Shown: positions 48,020 through 62,495, counted from the first letter of the stretch. The stretch: 64,000 nt of DNA from Bispira polyomma (GCA_965649765.1 OZ287751.1:78926001-78990000), one strand, 5' to 3'. Numbers and translations: made by a program. The notes: generated from the sequence alone by a model not told the origin.

Positions 48020-51000
48020 CTGTAAGTTCATGTGATCTAGACCTATGTTTATTATAAAGACCTAACTACTTATAGATATCTACCATGAAGACATCTCCAA
48101 GAAAATTAACAGTGAAATACGTGTTATACATTTACTTGTGTGATCTAGTTAGGGGAATGACAGGTGACTAATGAGAGCTGTGGGATGTGCTGTGTTTTAG
48201 TATATGACTAATAATACAGGGCCTTGCTACAGGGATAAAAAGGGAAGCGAAGTGTTGACCAGTGGTCAGTGATTAACGCCATCTATTAGAGACCACATGT
48301 ACTGATATATTCAGAAGATTTAGTGGACAATTATGTAAAGATAGAACATTGGTAGAAGCTGCTGTTGGTTAAAAATATATACTTCTGGAAGTATTACTGG
48401 TGGGTAAATACTTCAATACCACAACTACTGCCTTATCGTATACACTGTACCCACCTAGCCAGACCATACAAATTTGTTCTGCTTAACAAAAATTCTACTT
48501 AACAGGGTGAATTTCAATTATTATAAAACTAGAGCAATAGGCCCTTCTACTTGAATAACAATAACTCCTAAATGACAAATTATTCCACTTATCAGAGTTC
48601 TACCTGAAGGGGTTTGATTGTATTTACTGTCTGCATCACAATTCTCAAGTATGTGGAGAGGACCACGCGACTTACAGACCAAACAGGTTTTTCCGAGACA
48701 ATGTCTTTAAATTAAGTCCTCATGCATTCATACAATTCAGTTCGGGCCAAAAAACTACATAGGCAGAATTAACAATGAAATGTGTCATTGCCAAAATTCT
48801 TTGTAACTTTAGAGTTGGTGTATGTCCAACACATAATTAGAGTTTGCAGCTCATATCACTTTCAAAGCTAAAAATGGCATTCTGCCCCAGAACAGTGTCC
48901 AAAGTACAACGAGGTTGGAGCACGTTTACTAATAAGACAGTTAATTCAAGACTTGGTACAGGTGATTGTTGATACACACATGCTAATTACATCTTATCCG
49001 CAAGAAATCGAATACACAAACAAGTACTAATTTCCCCTTGAGTTACTGTTGATTTACACTCTACGCTGATTACATCTCATTCTCGCCTATTGTAAAAAAG
49101 CAGGCTGATGCACACCACCCCCAACCCAAGTTGCCCCATTTTCACAAACGCCAAGCATATACAGACTATGTTGTACAGCTAGAAGTAACCGTTTACTAAA
49201 TGCTTTTTAGTAATGACCTTTGGCCTGCCCCTGGACCTACCCTTTTTGGATTTCAGTGCCTTAGAGGATGTTCTTGTTAATTTGGCACTCTATAAATGCT
49301 TCAATTATTATCAATTATTATTGAAAAAAAAACTTTTTGTGCAGTTGCCACAATGATCCTTTATAAACTATGTTATTGTTGTTTAAAAGTCAAGTAATAC
49401 TCTCTGAGTAGAATTAAAATAAAAAGTACCAAAAACACTATAAGAACTTTATTTGTGAAAACACTGTTTGGGAGACAAAAAATTGACTGTTTTTTTAGTT
49501 TTATTAAGCACCAGTGTCTATATATGAAGACATGTTAACCCTTTTGTGAGTGAGACAGAAGTATTGCTGTGGACTGAAGAATAGTCCCAAAAGCTGTATT
49601 CTCCAAAGAAACTCAAGTAGACTCAAATCAAATGATGGTTTTGTGCTCCTGTCCTCTGTACATGGAATACACTCACACTTGTGACCATTCGCTTTAATAC
49701 AGCTTTTAGCATGGAATTTAAATATGCAGTCAGTTTTACTCAACTTTGTTCTAGCCAGAGATATTGAAACTTTAGGTTTGAGCATGAGTCTGAATTGAAC
49801 TTGAGATCTTTGAAGAATACAACAACAGGTAAACAGTTTTTGACAGCTAGAGCACACCAGAAGACACGCACACCAGCGGCCTTGTGTATAAACTTTTAAA
49901 CAAAATAGTCTGCAGTAGTCAACAATTTGACTGCTTGCCGACAGACATAAATTCTGGGAATAGAAAATGCCATGGACTGCTATTTGATAATATAAGTGTG
50001 AAAACAGTTAAATTTTGTCCAACAAATAATTTAAAATTTTTTACATTTACATTTGACTGTCAGTATTATGTCAACCAGTAAATGTAGAAATCACTTTTTA
50101 GGAAAGACAACAAGAAACTCTATTATTGAAACTTTTGTTCTCCGAATATACAGCTCTATGAACCAATTCTAAATTATTGTGACACACAAGATTTACATTT
50201 CACATAAATTTTTAAGAATCTTCCTTTTTACAAAATGATTTTCATCCCACAAAATGTTCAGATAACTTTAACTTTGAATTAGTTACTACAAAAACATTGT
50301 GCGAGTTGTTTTTCAAAAATATTAACAAGCGGTAAAAAAACGGTGTAAAACAAGGAAAATGAACAAAAAAACAGACTCCAGAGTCTTGCAAAACTGTAAA
50401 ACTATTCAATGTTTTGATAATACATACCTAACAGTCAGTTTATCAATTAAACTACATCTACTTTCAATTTTAAAATGTGTGAATTATATCACAGACTAAA
50501 CTTACAAATTCTAACGCAAAAACACTAACTCATATGCAACCAATGAATGGTAAATGTAACTAAACAGTAATTTTAAAGAGATTGGTTTACTTACTCTGCT
50601 AACATGAAAAAAAACTACAAACACAAGTACAAAACTATGACTTCCACAAATATCAAGAGTGTGTAATAAATATAAAGGGAGGGACAAAACATACAACACC
50701 TAAATGGACTGGGCAAGATCTTTAAGTTTAAGGTCACAAATTCAAGGTCAACCTTAGTGTAGTAGTTGGTGTGAATTTTCAAAACCGGTTGCCGAATTGA
50801 CATTTCGAGCGAAAACCCGGTTTTACCGAAAAGGTATACGTTTCATAATAAAGTCCATAAACGAGAGAGCTTTGTGTTTTCCATACAAGTACTGTATTTG
50901 TATACTCATTTCCTGTTTGATAAAAAAGGTGAGTTAATGTTGCAAATTTTGCTGAATTATAGGGACAGATGTGAAGAAAGTACATGGTTACGTTTTATTT

Positions 51001-51584
51001 TTTTGTGATTAGTGTATATGTGAGGTAAAATCGTTTTTTACTGATGTACAATCAAATGGAAACGATTCAGCCGCATACGGTCGGTAAGTAGGTATCCGGT
51101 CTATCGTCTGTTACACTAGTTAACCTATCAAGCTGCACATGTACAGTGTATGGATACTGCCCACCAACCAAATTCTGCCTGGGTAAACCACCGTGACCTA
51201 ACACCCAAATTTACTGGGGAGGAAAACTGCCCTATCAACATCACATTTACCCACCACACAGTAAACTAACATCCACACAGTTGTCCTGGTGGGCAGTACA
51301 CACTCACTCTTGATTACTAAACAACTTGCAAGTTCCTCGGACATGTTCTACTTGAGATTCAGTAACCGTATTCTCAAAAAATCTCAACTCAGAAACGATT
51401 TTAAGGCCTCCCTTTATCTGGCAAGGGGAAGGATGCTTAAACTCGTTACAGCACATTTGAATTCTGCGTTCAAAGTTTTAGTATTAGTCAGAACTGTGGG
51501 CCATTTCCGGGGACAGGAATTACAGTAATTATAGCATCTAGTTGAGTTGAATGTATGTTTACGCTTGAACTTATTGTAAAATGT

Positions 51585-51775
51585 GAGGACCAGGCTTGTT
51601 AATGTAGAATGTGGGAGGACAAGCTTGTTAAAGTAGAATGTAGGGGAACAGGCTTTTTAATGTAGAATGGGGGGGGACAGGCTTTTTAATGTACAATGTT
51701 GGACAGACATGCTTGTTAATGCAGATTGTGGCGGGACAGGCTGGTTTATGTAGAATGTGGAATACCAAGCTAGGC
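51585..51775. repeat. ~30-bp degenerate minisatellite
   Basis: AGGCTTGTTAATGTAGAATGTGGGRGGAC, 6-7 copies. Confidence 0.8.
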
Positions 51776-52618
51776 TAAACTGTCTGAGACAATACATACG
51801 CATCTGGATCTTTTAACTTGGACAAACTTAATGATATTTCAGTACATGTTTACAAGGTTGACCTCAATATATTCAAACAGAGAATGTACAACTTCTAACA
51901 CTTGAAAAAAGTCTGTTATTATGATATGATAGTTGACTTCTAACAAGTACTACATGAGATCATGATTATAAGGCACAGGGTTAAAAACCTCCTTTCTTTT
52001 CATTCAACCCATTTATTATAAGTAATATAAGCAAAGAGGAAACCATGCCGAAATACAACAAAACAAAATTCAGTGACAATATAGCCACAACAATAACATT
52101 AATTTTAACACAAACATACTTATGTCTTATTAGTGTATACTTAATACTAGTAATAATAGCACAGATATCCACCATAGTTAAATATCACAATAACATTGGC
52201 TGGCATATAATTATTGGCTCATAATAACAGTATCTAACACATACACACAGAATCTAACACCTAAAATTCATCACCAGTCACAAATCTCACCAAGAACTAT
52301 GAACACCAAAACTGGTATTCTAGAACCTATACTCAGCCTAAACTCATACTCGACTCAAATCTCGATTCTCTATAACTCTAAATACTGTAAATATATCTAA
52401 AATGTGACTTCATATTTGAATTTAGGGTTAAAAGCTCTATTAAAATGAATGGAGTATAGGTTATTTCCATGTACAATGATTTCCACATAGTCGATATTTG
52501 AGTTAAGTATGAGTTTATGTTTGAGAATACAGACCCAGGTCCTTACTACATACACAAAAATATCACAGTTAGAACTCCCGTTAATCACAAGATGTGTCTG
52601 GAGACTGATATGTACGTT

Positions 52619-55600
52619 CTAGGTTTTTAATAACGCCACCAAAATCTTTCTCTCTCTTGGTTGTAACTTGTCCACATAATCTCTGAATGGCTTTGCACTG
52701 GCTGGTCCTACACAAAATACAATAGCATTTATTGAAATTATAATTTATTTGAGTTTTACGTCACTTTTAACAATTTTGGTCATATTGCGACGGCCGCCAG
52801 GTTTAGTGATGGAGGAGACCAGTGCTGAAGCACTCTAAATCACTAACCCACAGGAAGTAACTGATAAATTTTCTCACATGAGAAAGGAATCTGTGGGATT
52901 CAATCCCCATTGGTGAGAGGAAAGTGATTGTAAAGCAGATGTTTATAACCACTAGGTCACTGTGGTCTCTATGTAACGTAACCACTGGGCCACCACGGCC
53001 CCCTCAAAACAATTAGAACTGTGGGATTTAGTTGCTCTTTAATTTGTCACAAAAAGGGTGCTTAACGGTGTACTATCAAATACCACATCTCCTTTTTTTC
53101 GTTTCTCATCTCAACAAATATGGTGATCACCGCTGTAAAGTGTTCTGAGCCAGTTGGCGAAAATATTAATATTTTACCTTTAAATGCATACCATATTTCA
53201 TTAAAACATTAAAATATATTTAATGTTTAAAATCTAAAAATTAAACAAAATAGAATTTTTATGCACAGATTTTGTGTGTATACGACTCAAAGTTTTTGAG
53301 ATTGCATTTTATATTTACAGTCATGGCTCATGTACTAGGTTTTGTTTATTTATTACTTCTCGGAAAGCAGCTTTGGTTTTTGCAAGCGATTACACTACTA
53401 GTAACAAATAATATGGAACGTTAACAAGCAGCAATGGTTATACTAAAACTACATGAACTACTTTGAAGAATTTGTCAACTGTGAAAAATAAAGCTATGAA
53501 CATGAAGGTAAACTTTGAATCATAGAGATTGCAACTTTGAAAAAAAATTTTACCATAAAATTATTTAATTTACTGTGCATTTCAAAACCTTTGCTTTTCA
53601 CCCACCTGTTCTAGAATTTACTGACTTTTGGAGTTTCAAAAACAATTCTTTTATTGCCTCTGTATAATCTTCATCCTATTAGTCAGAAAGAAATTAAAAA
53701 CAAGTGAATACGTTTATTAATAGTGTGACATCATAACTCCTACAATGTGTGTTTACCATGTGATAACAAAACAACAAAGGATTATGCAGGTCATAATATT
53801 AATAATCCTTTTTTTTATTAAACAAAATAAAAATTGTTGAAATATCAGATACAGCAATTTAAATAGCTAACATTAATTTCTACTCAAAATTTAGACTTTA
53901 GTCTACAGTATTTGGATAATAGAAGTTTATAATACAGTATTTTTATCAGGCTCAGCCTGATATTGTTTTCATTCTTTAAAAGGTGTCGCCATCTTAGAAA
54001 ACATGAAAGGTCTCTAGAGACTGCTTGGATGCAATAGAGCCAGCCAAACTGAGGGGTGTTAGATACTTTGTTATCAGGCGACTAGACTAGGGCCTGAGTA
54101 TCTAGTTGCCATATCAACGTTAGTGTATTTCACACTGTGCGCCTGTGTCTTTTTTAAAAGACAACGCTTGTTTGTTGTATCGCTGATGAACCATTTTCCG
54201 GTCCATTCCATTTTCTTGTCAAAATGTTTTTAGCATCACATTTAAATGCTTTTCACGTAAAAATGGCCAAAAAAACTTTGAATCTTAGAAATAGAAAAGT
54301 TAAATAACATAAACACACATTTCAACGAGAGATAAAGGCTCTTCAATGTTTCTAACTGCTATGATATAAAAGACATACACAATTTTTTTATTAGATTGGA
54401 AACTGGTACCATCATCATATAAGGGTTTCCCTACCTCTTCCTCCTCCTCATCCCAACTGTCCCAGTCTGAGTTCTCTGAGGTTTCCCCACTAGAGGGCAC
54501 TGTGTGACGTGTTGTATGGCTTACTCCAGTCTTAGTCTTACCGACACTGTTACCAGACACATTCAGTGTCTGAGATTCTGTCATATTGTCTACTGCTGGG
54601 TCTGGAAGGGGCACATAAAGAAATAATGGCACGTTTAAAATAACCCTGAGTTCTCACTATTCTGGTATGGAGAAACGGTAAGATAAGTTATTATAATCGC
54701 CTAGTAGAAGTTCCCCCGTTTCTGACAATTATTTCTGAATATTGCCGAATCACTATAGTAACTTTTCCTCCCGAGTAATTGTGTTTCCGCCGGTTTCCAA
54801 CTATTTCCGTTTCACTCCTGGAAGTCTTCCGGGTCAGTGATCATCTGTTCCCGCCTATAAAACTCATTCCTTTTCCTGTATTTTTAGAAACACACTGGGG
54901 GAGCAAGATTTTATTGAAAAAAGGATATTTAGTTTAAACAATTTGTGGGAGTCAAAGTGTGTTGACTCAATCAAATCTATTTTGACTATTAGAAGTTTGG
55001 ATAATTATACAGGTTCTCTATACATAGCAAATACAGACAACTGAGGTATTATAGTGTGTATACGAGAACATCTATTTATCCAAATGTGTTGTGAGAGCCA
55101 GAATTTTGTTTGGATGTTAGAGGTACACACAACCAATAAAGAGCACTGGATTATAATAAGGACGTTTACTGTAGCCATTTGTTCCTTCATGTGAAAATGT
55201 TTGTCAGGTACTTGGCAGAGGTTGGCAACATTGTTTCCTCTTACCCTTAAATCTGGCCATCCTGATATGACCAAAGCTGTTGAAAATGATGTCAAACCCA
55301 ACTAAATTAAAATTTTACTGTACCTATAAAGAGCACTGAGCTATTACAAGGACTTTTATTGTACCTATAAAGAGCATTGAGCTATTATAAGGACTTTTAC
55401 TGCACCTATAAAGAGCACTGGGCTATTACAAAGACGTTTACTGCACCTATAAAGAGCACTGAGCTATTACAAGGACTTTTACAGTACCTATAAAGAGCAC
55501 TGAGCGATCACAAGGACTTTTACTGTACCTATAAAGAGCACTGAGCTATTATAAGGACTTTTACTGTACCTATAAAGAGCACTGAGCTATTATAAGGACT

Positions 55601-58600
55601 TTTACTGTACCTATAAAGAGCACTGAGCTATTATAAGGACTTTTACTGTACCTATAAAAAGCAATGGGCTATTACAAAGACGTTTACTGCACCTATAAAG
55701 AGCACTGAGCTATTACAAGGACTTTTACAGTACCTATAAAGAGCACTGAGCTATTACAAGGACTTTTACTGTACCTATAAAGAGCACTGAGCTATTATAA
55801 GGACTTTTACTGTACCTATAAAGAGCACTGGGCTATTACAAAGACGTTTACTGCACCTATAAAGAGCACTGAGCTATTACAAGGACTTTTACTGTACCTA
55901 TAAAGAGCACTGAGCGATTACAAGGACTTTTACTGTACCTATAAAGAGCACTGAGCTATTACAAGGACTTTTACTATACCTATAAAGAGCACTGAGCTAT
56001 TACAAAGACTTTTACTGTACCTATAAAGAGCACTGGGCTATTACAAGGCCGTTTACTGCACATATAAAGAGCACTGAGCTATTACAAGGACTTTTACTGT
56101 ATCTATAAATAACACTGAGCAATTACAAGGACTTTTACTGTACCTATCTACTGTTCCAACTAAATTCAAATTTTACTGTACCTATAAAGAGCACTGGGCT
56201 ATTACAAGGACGTTTACTATAACTATAAAGAGCACTGAGCTATTACAAAGACGTTTACTGCACCTATAAAGAGCACTGAGCTATTACAAGGACGTTTACT
56301 GTACCTATAAAGAGCACTGAGCTATTAAAAGGACTTTTACAGTACCTATAAAGCGCACTAGGCTATTACAAGGACTTGTACTGTACCTATAAAGAGCACT
56401 GGGCTATTACAAGGCCGTTTACTATAACTATAAAGAGCACTGAGCTATTACAAGGACGTTTACTGTACCTATAAATAGCACTGAGTGATTACAAGGACTT
56501 TTACTGTACCTATCTACTGTTCCAACTAAATTAAAATTTTACTGTACCTATAAAGAGCACTGGGCTATTAGAAGGACGTTTACTAAAACTATAAAGAGCA
56601 CTGAGCTATTACAAGGACGTTTACTGTACCTATAAATAGCACTCAGCGATTACAAGGACTTTTACTATACCTATAAAGAGCACTGACCTATTACAAAGTC
56701 TTTTACTGTACCTATAAAGAGCACTGAGCTATTACAAGGACTTTTACTGTACCTATAAATAGCACTGATCTATTACAGGGAATTTTACTGTACCTATATA
56801 GAGCACCGAGCTGTTACAAGGACATTTACGTTACCTATCTGCTGTTCCTCGTCATCTTCCTCAGAAGATTCCTGTTCATTCATTATTGGAGCCAGAGGTG
56901 GGTTACTGAGACTCAGCATCACTGGCTTCTTATAGCCGGCTGTAGACACTGGACTGCTCACCTACAGTAACAAAGGGGCACTCAGTAGAAGACATACCTC
57001 TACCTTACATTATAAAGACCGGAAGTGCGCAGTGAACACAAAAGCTGTCAGTGCGCAATTTGTAGCTGTACTTTATCTGGAAAGATAATGTATGGATACT
57101 AAAAGGAAATGATGTGACAAAAATAGTTTACAGTAAGTTAGTAAATATATTATTCTTTGCTTTAACATACACTATTATACACTTATCAGCCCTCGTCCAT
57201 TATTCAGCCGGTAAAGCCGTCCTTTAGTCTAATATTTGTTAAATAACAATCAGAACTGGGTGCATTGGAAGTAAAAAATCTACAAGAATCTACAACCTGA
57301 TGATATGCATTAGTATATTGGCATACATGTTCAACAGATGTAAAAATCCTTTTTGTAAATATACCTCAGTTTTTGGGGCGAGTAGGACAATTGAGTGGAC
57401 TTAAAAGGAAATATGATAGCTCAACAGTCAACACAGATATTAGGAGCACAGGTTAGCAACTCCCAAGTTTTTCCGTTACATAGTTGAAGTCATGTAGATT
57501 ACCCAGTGTCCACTCTAAATCACCCACAAAAATCATGTAATCCCACCACAGTCCACTCTATACTTACCACACTTATCTTAGACATTAGTGCTGTGACCAG
57601 GTCAGGAAGGAAGAGATCCACTGAGGCAGCATGGCTCACACTCACATAGACATCACAGATCTGCTTGAAGGAATGCTGGTCAATGTTCTGGGAATAAAGT
57701 ATAGTAAAACCTTTATTATCCAAATATTGTAAGAGAGCAAGATATTTGTTCATCTAGTAGAAGGTTCATCAAATAGAAGAGTCATTGGGAGAGTAAAGAG
57801 GAGTTCATCAAATGAAATATATGGATAATAGAAGTTCAGATAATAGAGGTATTACTTTATGATGGTAGACGGCCATACAATGGGTGCACAATAGAGGGAT
57901 TATAACACTTAGTAGAATTCACTTTGTAGAATTCTGAGGTAATCAGACTTTTGGACACTAAGATACACAATCAAACAAGAGGGCTTCAGTAAAATCATTT
58001 ACACAATGGATAGTATAGGACCTAACTTTTAAGACTAAAGCCTTTATAAAAACCAACATCTATATTTTGAAACAAATGCGATCATGATATTTGTGACATT
58101 GATTCTAGAATCATAAATATCAACAATTACTGAAGTGAACTTCCTGTTTAATACCCGTCCATTTAGATATATATATATGACTTATTCAAATTCCCTTTAT
58201 GATTGCTTTAATTTTAACAACTCCATTGTATTGATATATTATGGTCTTCTCTATTGGGAGATCCAAGGGAGAACAACACTTATATGGTCGTCACTATGGT
58301 GGGTGATATTTGGGTTTTATGAAATTTACTTTCAGAATTATCACAGAAGCCATTGTTCTATAATGGATGTAATATTTACGAATACTTTCCGACACATTTT
58401 ACCAGGTATGAAATAGTTGTAGTTGTTTTTGAGTGTTTCAAACCAAAATACATACAAGTCCGAAGATTCCATGGGAACTTTCCTGAAAAAGGTTAGATCT
58501 CAACTAATATGCATCTCATGACATCATCCAAAGGAGTAGTAGTACACACAATAGAGAATCACAGGTTTCAACACTCCCTGTAAAAATGCCCTCAAACATC

Positions 58601-59747
58601 CTTCAAGAATTGTTTTACTTTCTTTTAATTAGATGATATATGTAGGTCTTCCCTCTTGGGTGGTCCTATATCCAAGTAAGTCCTATAGATTTTGTACAAG
58701 TTGAGTGTGCAGAGGATTTGGCTTTACTTAAACTGATTTCAAAAATAAAGTTTTAAAGCACTGGGACCACAAAAGTGGTTCCAGTTATGCATCAATTCAA
58801 CTTCTACTGGCTCTACTAAATATACAGAGTGTAGTGTACTACCCATAACAAGAGATTAATGTCCTGTAAAACTTGCTGCAGTCAGTCTATAGGCAGACTT
58901 ACATCAGTGGAGAGGATCAGACAGAGCTGTTGTAAGGCTTTTACCACAGACTGCTGCTTAGTGTCCTCACTGAGACGATCAGGTGAACCCCTCAACTTCT
59001 GACTGTGTACTATACGGGTCTTTAGTCTCAGGACACTGAAAGGTTTATACAAAAAACTGTGTATTAAATGAGTCTTCAGTCTCAGGACACTGAAAGGTTC
59101 AAAGAGAAAACTGTGTATTATACGAGTATTTAGTCTCAGGACTCTGAAAGGTTCAAACAGAGAACTATTTAGTCTCAAGACACTGAAAGGTTAAACAGAA
59201 AACTGTGTTATACAGGTCTTTAGTCTCAAGACACTGAAAGGTTAAACAGAAAACTGTGTATTACACGAGTCTTTAGGCACAAGACACTGAAAGGTTAAAC
59301 AGAAAACTGTGTATTACACGAGTGTTTAGGCACATGACACTGAAAGGTTAAACAGAAAACTGTGAATTGTACAAGTCTTTAGTCTCAAGACCAACTCCCT
59401 TACCACTAGACCACGGGAGACCACGTGAAAGGGTAACATGGAAAACTGTAATAAATCGGTGTTTAATCTCACGACACTTAAAGGTACAAAGGAAAACTGA
59501 GATGTGCACACATGACAGGTAAAATGATGTGTGTCTGCTCTACATCACCAATTTTCACAAAGTTACACTAATATTTAGCAAGTTATAACTACCTGTCAGT
59601 GAGGTACTTGGTGAGTTTATCATCCTGTAGGTAGTATCTGAGGTGTGCACACAGGACGGGTAAGAGGATGTGTGTCTGTTCTACATTACCAGCCTTCACA
59701 AAGTGAGGCAGACTGTGCTCTAACTCACCCAGCATGTACTTCTCCAC
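52619..59747 (-). CDS. Last seven coding exons (275 aa) of an unidentified gene; upstream exons not found in the window
   Basis: Exons 59747-59593, 59002-58903, 57687-57568, 56961-56835, 54601-54435, 53675-53606, 52707-52619; GT-AG introns with matching phases give one frame VEKYMLGELE...SDWDSWDEEEEEDEDY...ILVALLKT*. Confidence 0.8.
52745..53003 (-). mobile_element. tRNA-derived SINE
   Basis: Minus-strand head GGGGCCGTGGTGGCCCAGTGGTTAC, B-box-like GGGATTGAATCCC, 3' GTTAAAAGTGACGTAAAAC; related fragments near 11205-11330 and 55200-55302. Confidence 0.8.
55310..56845. repeat. 41-bp minisatellite, ~37 copies, abutting a splice donor of the minus-strand gene
   Basis: Unit TACCTATAAAGAGCACTGAGCTATTACAAGGACTTTTACTG. 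Confidence 0.95.
59003..59392. repeat. ~53-bp minisatellite, ~7 copies, starting at a splice acceptor
   Basis: Unit TTTAGTCTCAAGACACTGAAAGGTTAAACAGAAAACTGTGTATTACACGAGTC. Confidence 0.9.
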
Positions 59748-59899
59748 CTGAAAACATACATACAAAACACTCCAGTCTCTGAGGTCAAACAGATTGCAGC
59801 TTTGCACAAAAATAACACCAACAGGGATAAAACCTAAACCCACAGCCTTAGAATGAATACATGGATAGTGAGCAGAGGTGCCTCACAAAGCAGCAAAAA

Positions 59900-60260
59900 A
59901 TATAAACTTGCACAGCTACATCAAGAATGATTTGACAATGTGTGATAAGTAAAATTTAAGGTCAAGGTCATTACTCAAAATCAAACTCAGGTCAGACATT
60001 GATGTTGCACAACTAGACTCCCTGATGAATATTTGTTCCAAAAGGGAACAATCTGTGATAAGCAGTTGCTGAGATCTAGTCCGGACAAGAAATTCAAGGT
60101 CAAGGTCATTAATTAAAGGTCAATGGTCAAAATGGGTTTAGATCATGACCGTGCACACCTATACCCCAAATTGAAATGAATATTTGTACCAAATATGAAC
60201 TTCCAGACCCTCTGGGTTTCAAAGAATTAGCCTTGAAAACTTGTGGCAGTCACTGTCTGT
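59900..60260. mobile_element. Fragment of a non-autonomous repeat carrying AAGGTCAAGGTCA motifs
   Basis: AAGGTCAAGGTCA at 59958 and 60096, AAGGTCAATGGTCA at 60116; similar decayed TGACCT-rich DNA at 23960-24730. Confidence 0.5.
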
Positions 60261-60604
60261 CTGACAACCAGGGTGAAAACAAAACATTTTTTGTGGGGTA
60301 AAAACGTACACCAAAATCCCCATTATCAGAAATTGTTGGGAAAACAGTAAAAAATTTGGGAGAGATAAAATGTGTTCATCAAACGTGTTAATGAAACTTG
60401 AATATTTGGATAACAGAATTTCAGATAATACTAATTCTTCTGTACCTTGATATACAAAATTTAAATATAAACTCAGTTGGATGTTATAGTAATACCTCAT
60501 CACCATCCCAATTAGGCACTCACTACTCTTTTTGGAACATTTGAAGCCCCTCACAGCTGAAGCAGGTAAAAGGCGATATATCTGTATCCAGCAGTTCTCC
60601 TCTA

Positions 60605-60850
60605 ATAACCAATTAGGTACAGGTGTTCTTCCTCCCCTAACGTCTGCCTGTGTTTCTAGGTACCAATAACCACCCAGGTTCAGGTGTTGTTCCTCCCTTA
60701 ACTTCTCTCTGTGTTTCTAGGTATTAATAACCACCCAGGTACTGTGTTGTTCCTCCCCTAACTTCTCTCTGTGTTTCTAGGTACCAATAACCACCCAGGT
60801 ACTGTGTTGTTCCTCCCCTAACTTCTCTCTGTGTTTCTGGGTACCAATGA
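60605..60850. repeat. ~60-bp tandem repeat (4 copies) overlapping the stop codon of the nested minus ORF
   Basis: TTCCTCCC(C/T)TAAC.TCT..CTGTGTTTCT.GGTA near 60628, 60690, 60750, 60810. Confidence 0.9.
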
Positions 60851-61231
60851 CCCCATACATTTCATCTCTTCCTTAAACCTCAGAATCCTCTTACCCAGTT
60901 CCTGTTTATAGGTGCAGTAAGCTAGCCGTACACTCTCAGTGGTAGAGAGCCTCATTCCCAGGTTATACCTTAAGCTATACAGGTTGTCACGACTTGCTCG
61001 CTCATAGCGACATCTTATCATCTCCACGGAATCACCCAGAAGTTCTACTTGTTTCTTGGCTTTGTAGAATTTTTTCAACATCACTTTTGCCTGAAGAACC
61101 TTCTTTCTAGCAATCATTTGTTGAGACTGGGTATTTATATCATTATCAGTTTCTTTGGCGAAGTCAGAACTCACTAAACCAGCTCTCAGTAAAGTAGTTT
61201 TAGAGAGTTCAAACTGTGTTTGTCTTTCCAT
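60818..61231 (-). CDS. Intronless basic helical orphan protein (137 aa from MERQ; ORF open to 61408)
   Basis: Coding-like composition and helical pattern FYKAKKQV.LL...RYERA....SLRYNL.MRL...E.VR..Y..Y; resembles, from memory, uncharacterised mollusc proteins. Confidence 0.65.
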   Translation of the reverse strand: MERQTQFELSKTTLLRAGLVSSDFAKETDNDINTQSQQMIARKKVLQAKVMLKKFYKAKKQVELLGDSVEMIRCRYERASRDNLYSLRYNLGMRLSTTESVRLAYCTYKQELGKRILRFKEEMKCMGSLVPRNTERS

Positions 61232-61869
61232 TTTGGGTAAAAATTTTGGCTTTTTAAACAAGCTGTAATTAATGGTAGCAAAGATGAGAAAAACAATGAA
61301 AGCATGTAATAATCCTAACAATGACAATTCTATACAAGGATTAGAACTAATTTTAGTACACAGACTCTGTGATGTCACAGTAGAGGTTAATCCTGAATAG
61401 GATGACATTTTGAGGAAGGTTATATTTCATCTATATGATCCTTTACTTTCTTCAGCCTTTGAGAAAGTAGTAATACATTTCACCATTAAAACCTTTCCTT
61501 CTTTCTTTTGGCTAATCCTGTAAATCCTACTGATGGAATCAACAGTAAATGTTTACATCATATTGCATAATGTGAATTTCACTATCAAATCATAATAATT
61601 GTAGTGTTTTAGTCTAAATATTTAAAAATTACATTTAAACTCTATGAAAATTAATACCGCAAACATCAGATCACCTCAAATTAATCTAAAGGGGTTTTGT
61701 ATTTTATAAAATCAGTTAAAGGTAACCATTAGTAATCTAAAGATTTTATGAATTACAATTTTATGAACTAAAGTACGATATACAAAAAGATTTAAACTAG
61801 AATTGTGCCGACTCAACGCATGCATATTCCTAGATGTATATTTGTAAATACATGTACAACACAAACCGA

Positions 61870-62495
61870 GCTGGCTAAAGTTGGATATGACTGGCTTTTG
61901 GGATATCTCTTCAAAATGTCCCCGTATTCAGTAATAGATTGTGGCCAAAGTCAGATATGACTGGCTTTTGGGATATGTTTTCAAAATGTTCCCAAATTCA
62001 GTAATAGATTGTGGCCAAAGTCAAATATGACTGGCTTTTGGGATATCTCTTCAAAATGTCCCCCAATTCAGTAATAGACTGCGGCCAAAGCCGGGTATGA
62101 CTGGCTTTTAGGATTCTCTTCACAATTTTCTCCAATTAAGTAATAGACTGCGGCCAAAGTTGGATATGACTGGCTTTTGGGATATCTCATCCAAATGTCC
62201 CCCAATTCAGTAATGACTGTGGGCAAATTTGGATATGACTGGCTTTTGGGATTCTTTTTACAGTTTCCCCCAATTCAGTAATAGACTGTGGCCAAAGTCG
62301 GATATGACTGGCTTTTGGGATATCTCTTTCCAATTTTCTCCAATTCAGTAATAGACTGTGGCCAAAGTAGGATATAACTGGCTTTTGGGATTCTCTTCAC
62401 AATTTCCCCCAGTTCAGGGTAAGACTGCAGCCAAAGTCGGGTATGACTGGTTTTTAGAATATTTCTTCACCAATTCTCCCAATTCAGTATTAGTT
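61870..62495. repeat. ~70-bp minisatellite, ~9 copies
   Basis: GGCCAAAGTCGGATATGACTGGCTTTTGGGATATCTC...CAATTCAGTAATAGACTGT. Confidence 0.92.

Noticed and set aside
55310-56845. CRISPR-like array
   Set aside because: Contiguous 41-bp units without unique spacers, no cas genes, eukaryotic intron
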